Positions 42,806-45,730 of a DNA stretch of 45,730 nt are shown piece by piece (position 1 is the first letter of the stretch; each line of letters opens with the position of its first letter). A program made the translations under genes and the position numbers. The stretch comes from an uncultured Myxococcales bacterium (GTDB taxonomy: Bacteria > Myxococcota_A > Bradymonadia > UBA7976 > UBA1532), in NCBI GenBank assembly GCA_937902595.1, contig CALELH010000389.1, positions 1-45,730 on the forward strand, read 5' to 3'. A model generated the notes under the pieces. The model ran no database searches. It had not been told where the DNA came from and saw nothing but the letters and a program-made list of their open reading frames with translations.

Positions 42806-43792
42806 ATGGGTCTCATCACTCGCCTCCTCGTGTCTCTCCTCGTCATCGCGGCGCTCGGCGCGGGCTATGGCGTCTTGAAGATTCAGAGCTTGGACGAGCC
42901 TCTCGGGCACGGAGATAAGACAGCCACCGTTGAGATCACTCAGGGGATGGGGTTTAACGCCATCGTGGACACTCTGGAGCGAGCGGGGGTGCTCAAGGAC
43001 CCGCTCACCTTCAAGCTCTACGGGAAGTGGACCAAAGCCGATCGCGGCATCAAGGCCGGCACCTACGTTATCGACCTCGGATGGACGCCGAAGCGTCTGC
43101 TGGTAGCGCTGCGCGAGGGTACTCTGGCGGCGCAGACCAAGATCACGATCCCCGAGGGCTATAATCGCTGGCAGATCGCCGACCTCTTGAGTCGTAAGGG
43201 CCTCATCGACCGCACGAAGTTCCTACGCCGGGTCGAGGCAGAGGGGCTGGAGGGCCGGCTGTTCCCTGAGACCTATATGTTCCGCACGGACACCACCACC
43301 GACGCGGTCCTCGCGCGCCTGACCGGACAATTCAAGACGGTGCTTAAGTCGGTCCTGGCGGGGCAGCCCGCGACGGATGTAAACCGCCTTGTCAACCTGG
43401 CGTCTCTGGTCGAGAAGGAGTCTAAGAAGCCCCTCGATCAGCGAAAGGTGGCGCGAGTCTTCGCCAATCGAATCGCCAAGAGAATGAAGCTCCAGACCGA
43501 CCCGACCTGCGTCTACGGAGAGTCCCTCTACACCAAGGTGCCTCATCCCCGATACTGCAAGGACCCCAACAGCCGCTACAGCACTTATGTCATCCACGGT
43601 CTGCCTCCGACGCCCATCGCGAACCCGGGACGCACGGCCTTGGCGGCGGTGCTGAACCCGTACGATGGGCCTCGCGCCGAGACCCTCCTGTTCTTCGTCT
43701 CCAAGCGTGATGGAACGGGGACGCACCACTTCAGTTCGAACTACGCCGAGCACAGCAAGGCCGTCGACAAATATCTGCGGAAGAAGAGATAG
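42806..43792 (+). CDS. mltG: Endolytic murein transglycosylase MltG (YceG)
   Basis: 328 aa. It has an N-terminal TM, then IPEGYNRWQIADLL, ASLVEKES, VFANRIAKRMKLQTDPT, YNTY-like (YSTYVIHGLPPTPIANPG) and LFFVSKRDGTGTHHFSSNYAEH. Confidence 0.93.
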   Translation: MGLITRLLVSLLVIAALGAGYGVLKIQSLDEPLGHGDKTATVEITQGMGFNAIVDTLERAGVLKDPLTFKLYGKWTKADRGIKAGTYVIDLGWTPKRLLVALREGTLAAQTKITIPEGYNRWQIADLLSRKGLIDRTKFLRRVEAEGLEGRLFPETYMFRTDTTTDAVLARLTGQFKTVLKSVLAGQPATDVNRLVNLASLVEKESKKPLDQRKVARVFANRIAKRMKLQTDPTCVYGESLYTKVPHPRYCKDPNSRYSTYVIHGLPPTPIANPGRTALAAVLNPYDGPRAETLLFFVSKRDGTGTHHFSSNYAEHSKAVDKYLRKKR

Positions 43793-43794
43793 AC

Positions 43795-43968
43795 CTAGCT
43801 GGGTTCAGCGGGCCCCTGCGGGTCGGCTTTACGTAGAGCACGCTGGGCCCGCCAGGCCATGTAGCTAGACTGGAGCTTCGTTACTCGCTCCACGCCCGCC
43901 AGGGTAATCTTAGAGCCGGCGACGTCCAGGATCGTGTGATACACGGCGCGGCGTAGTGCGCTCAACAT
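43795..43968 (-). CDS. Candidate 57-aa small basic protein (hypothetical)
   Basis: My own translation reads MLSALRRAVYHTILDVAGSKITLAGVERVTKLQSSYMAWRAQRALRKADPQGPAEPS. The ATG lies 3 nt after the cytochrome c stop. AGGAG lies 6 nt upstream of the ATG. It falls below the ORF-track length cutoff. Confidence 0.4.
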   Translation of the reverse strand: MLSALRRAVYHTILDVAGSKITLAGVERVTKLQSSYMAWRAQRALRKADPQGPAEPS

Positions 43969-43971
43969 CCC

Positions 43972-44571
43972 TTACTCCTGCCCCTGCTGGCCCTCGGCTT
44001 TAAAGAGCAGTCCGGCCTCGGTCAGCTCAGCGAAGCGCGTGTGTGGCGTGTGGCAGTGCTCACAGAACACCTTCTTCTTGTGAACTAGCTTCCACATGTG
44101 GCGCGCGCTCTCTCCCAGCTTAGTCATCTCGCGCTTCCCCGCGTGGCACTCATTACAGGTGACGTCGTGTTCGGCGGACAGAGCCATCATCTGTTGAGAG
44201 ATCAACAGGTTGTCCTGGTAGCCCTTAAATCCCTTGGTGTGGCAGTAGAAGCACGACTGCTTAAGGGCCCTAGTCGCCGCGCGCATCTCCTTACGTCGAT
44301 CCTTGGGCTCGGCGCTCTTAAACCACTTGGCGGCGCGCGCGCGCCAGTCCGACTCAACTGGAGCGGGCTTCGCGGCCTCGGGGGCGCTCTTCGCCTTGGC
44401 CTGTTCGGTGGTCGCCGCCGGCGCTGGGGTGGTTGGGGCCTTAGCTGCCGCTGGGGTCCCCTCAGTTTTCGTCGGCGTCTGAGTCGGAGACGGTGTATAA
44501 GGATCGGCGACCGCATGGAGCGCGGTCAGACAGACGGCGAACATCACGGTGATCCAAATTATAGACCTCAT
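43972..44571 (-). CDS. Exported triheme c-type cytochrome
   Basis: The ATG at 44571 is preceded by GGGGAGA. It has a signal peptide (IIWITVMFAVCLTALHAVA), a P/A/T-rich linker and three CxxCH motifs (CFYCH, CNECH, CEHCH). Confidence 0.85.
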   Translation of the reverse strand: MRSIIWITVMFAVCLTALHAVADPYTPSPTQTPTKTEGTPAAAKAPTTPAPAATTEQAKAKSAPEAAKPAPVESDWRARAAKWFKSAEPKDRRKEMRAATRALKQSCFYCHTKGFKGYQDNLLISQQMMALSAEHDVTCNECHAGKREMTKLGESARHMWKLVHKKKVFCEHCHTPHTRFAELTEAGLLFKAEGQQGQE

Positions 44572-44664
44572 TGGCCTGTCTCCCCGGAGCAAGTTACGGT
44601 CCAGAATACCGGATTTCCAGACGTGGTCGAGCCCTATACATTCACTTGGAGGTCACAGCAAGCG

Positions 44665-45600
44665 ATGCGCATTCTGATCGTCATGGACCCCATCGAGGGG
44701 GTCGACCTCGATAAGGACACCACCGTCGGGTTTATCCTGGCGGCTCAGGCGCGGGGCCACAGCGTCCACAGCTGCGGCGTTGACGGCCTGTTTGTCAAGG
44801 ACGGCCAGGGCGGCGCCCACGCGCGCTCGGTGACCCTCGATCCCAACGCCACGCCGTTCTACACGACGGGTCCGGTCACCACCGAGGCTCTGAGCGACTT
44901 TGACACCGTGTGGATGCGCAGCGACCCACCCGTCGACCGCGCCTACCTCCACGCGACCCACGTCCTCGACCTGGCGGGGGACACCCTGGTGGTCAACTCA
45001 CCCCGGGGCATCCGCTTCGCCAACGAGAAGCTCTTCGCTCAGGTGTTCCCCGAGCTCTGCCCGGAGACCCTGGTCACTCGCAACATCGCTCAGATCAAAG
45101 ACTGGCTGGCGACGCGCACAGACCCTCTGGTCGTCAAGCCCGTCGACGGTCACGGCGGCGCCGGCGTCTTCGTGATTAGCCCTGGTGACCGCAACCTGGG
45201 CAGCATCCTGGAGACCCTGACCGAGGAGGGCACTCGCTGGGTGGTCGCTCAGGCGTATCTGCCGGCGGCTCGCGAGGGCGACAAGCGCATCATCATGATC
45301 GACGGCGAGCCTAAGGGCGCCATCTTGCGGGTACCTCGCGATGACGACCACCGTGGCAACATCCACGTGGGCGGCACCGTTCAGCATGTGGAGCTGACTG
45401 AGCGCGACCTGGAGATCTGCGCGTCGGTCGGTCCGGAACTGCGCAAAGAGGGCTTGTGGTTCGTCGGTCTGGACGTCATCGGCGGCTACTTGACCGAGGT
45501 CAACGTCACGAGCCCCACCGGCATTCGCGAGGTCAAAGACCTGACCGGCGTCGACCTGGGCGACGCCTTTGTGGCCTGGGTTGAAGACCGCCTCGGTTGA
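44665..45600 (+). CDS. gshB: Glutathione synthetase (prokaryotic ATP-grasp type)
   Basis: The ATG at 44665 has GGAGG at 44648-44652. MRILIVMDPIEGVDLDKDTT, MRSDPP, NEKLF, VVKPVDGHGGAGVF, GDKRIIMIDGEP, RGNIHVGG and TEVNVTSPTGIRE run parallel to E. coli GshB along the whole length. Confidence 0.95.
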   Translation: MRILIVMDPIEGVDLDKDTTVGFILAAQARGHSVHSCGVDGLFVKDGQGGAHARSVTLDPNATPFYTTGPVTTEALSDFDTVWMRSDPPVDRAYLHATHVLDLAGDTLVVNSPRGIRFANEKLFAQVFPELCPETLVTRNIAQIKDWLATRTDPLVVKPVDGHGGAGVFVISPGDRNLGSILETLTEEGTRWVVAQAYLPAAREGDKRIIMIDGEPKGAILRVPRDDDHRGNIHVGGTVQHVELTERDLEICASVGPELRKEGLWFVGLDVIGGYLTEVNVTSPTGIREVKDLTGVDLGDAFVAWVEDRLG

Positions 45601-45707
45601 ATCCTCCGCTGGGATTAGGCATCCCACCTCGGGTGGTGTACATTTGACAACCTACGGATCCGTCCTTAGTGTCCATGGGCTCGTCAGAGCATGTTCTTTG
45701 AGATTTT

Positions 45708-45730
45708 GGGGGCGATTGGTTTCGACAGGG
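45708..45730 (+). ncRNA. ssrA: 5' end of tmRNA (SsrA), truncated by the window edge
   Basis: GGGGGCGATTGGTTTCGACAGGG matches the conserved tmRNA 5' acceptor/TLD sequence (E. coli GGGGCUGAUUCUGGAUUCGACGGG). The exact 5' nucleotide could be 45708 or 45709. Confidence 0.65.

Noticed and set aside
39036-45627. Long antisense ORFs in the GC-rich right end: 39036-39539, 39571-40029, 40432-40998, 41290-41928, 43223-43753, 44998-45627 (minus) and 44098-44664 (plus)
   Set aside because: They are shadow ORFs opposite or out of frame to genes with strong motif support (arsA-like, TPR, mltG, gshB, cytochrome c). Their translations are Arg/Ala/Pro/Gly-rich with no motifs.
1-45730. CRISPR arrays, IS elements, integrases, prophage genes, toxin-antitoxin pairs and tRNA/rRNA genes
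   Set aside because: My read-through of the ORF translations found no transposase, integrase, Cas or phage-structural motifs. I noticed no regularly spaced short direct repeats in intergenic DNA. The only RNA gene signal is the tmRNA 5' end at 45708.

Overview
This 45.7 kb window is densely coded and looks chromosomal. I support 45 protein genes, including one fragment cut by the left edge, plus the 5' end of a tmRNA at the right edge. I saw no rRNA, tRNA, CRISPR array, transposase, integrase or phage genes. Many genes are joined by 1-4 nt start/stop overlaps. The content is rich in lipobox lipoproteins and TPR proteins. It also has two ECF sigma/anti-sigma pairs, a sigma-54 type promoter and a MoxR operon. 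This suggests a moderately GC-rich Gram-negative organism, possibly Myxococcota or Bradymonadia-like, but that is inference only. Recognisable housekeeping genes are msrB, moaB, xseA-xseB-ispA-tlyA, crotonase-thyA-folA, hbd, ruvX, mltG, gshB and ssrA. Five regions are worth a second look. (1) 1.3-8.1 kb is an accessory-looking block. It holds a trypsin-like lipoprotein behind a sigma-54 type promoter, with four tandem C-terminal repeat modules I cannot place. Convergent to it are a PLD-type lipoprotein with both HKD motifs, a small-molecule methyltransferase and a polytopic membrane protein. (2) 8.7-15.2 kb is a six-gene minus-strand envelope cluster: LarA-like, TPR lipoprotein, LolB-like lipoprotein, a stand-alone T2SSE_N domain, ECF sigma and a long anti-sigma. 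(3) 17.3-22.3 kb holds a five-module acidic-loop/Cys lipoprotein, then a near-consensus promoter driving a CslA-like GT2 synthase and a GT-C-like membrane protein. (4) 27.4-36.0 kb is a five-gene translationally coupled MoxR/DUF58/BatA-like operon led by a 1000-aa coiled-coil membrane protein and an MA-type peptidase. (5) 39.1-42.4 kb is a pair of ArsA/Get3-like ATPases with complementary motif degeneracy, coupled to a TPR lipoprotein. All family calls rest on motifs read by eye and no searches were run.
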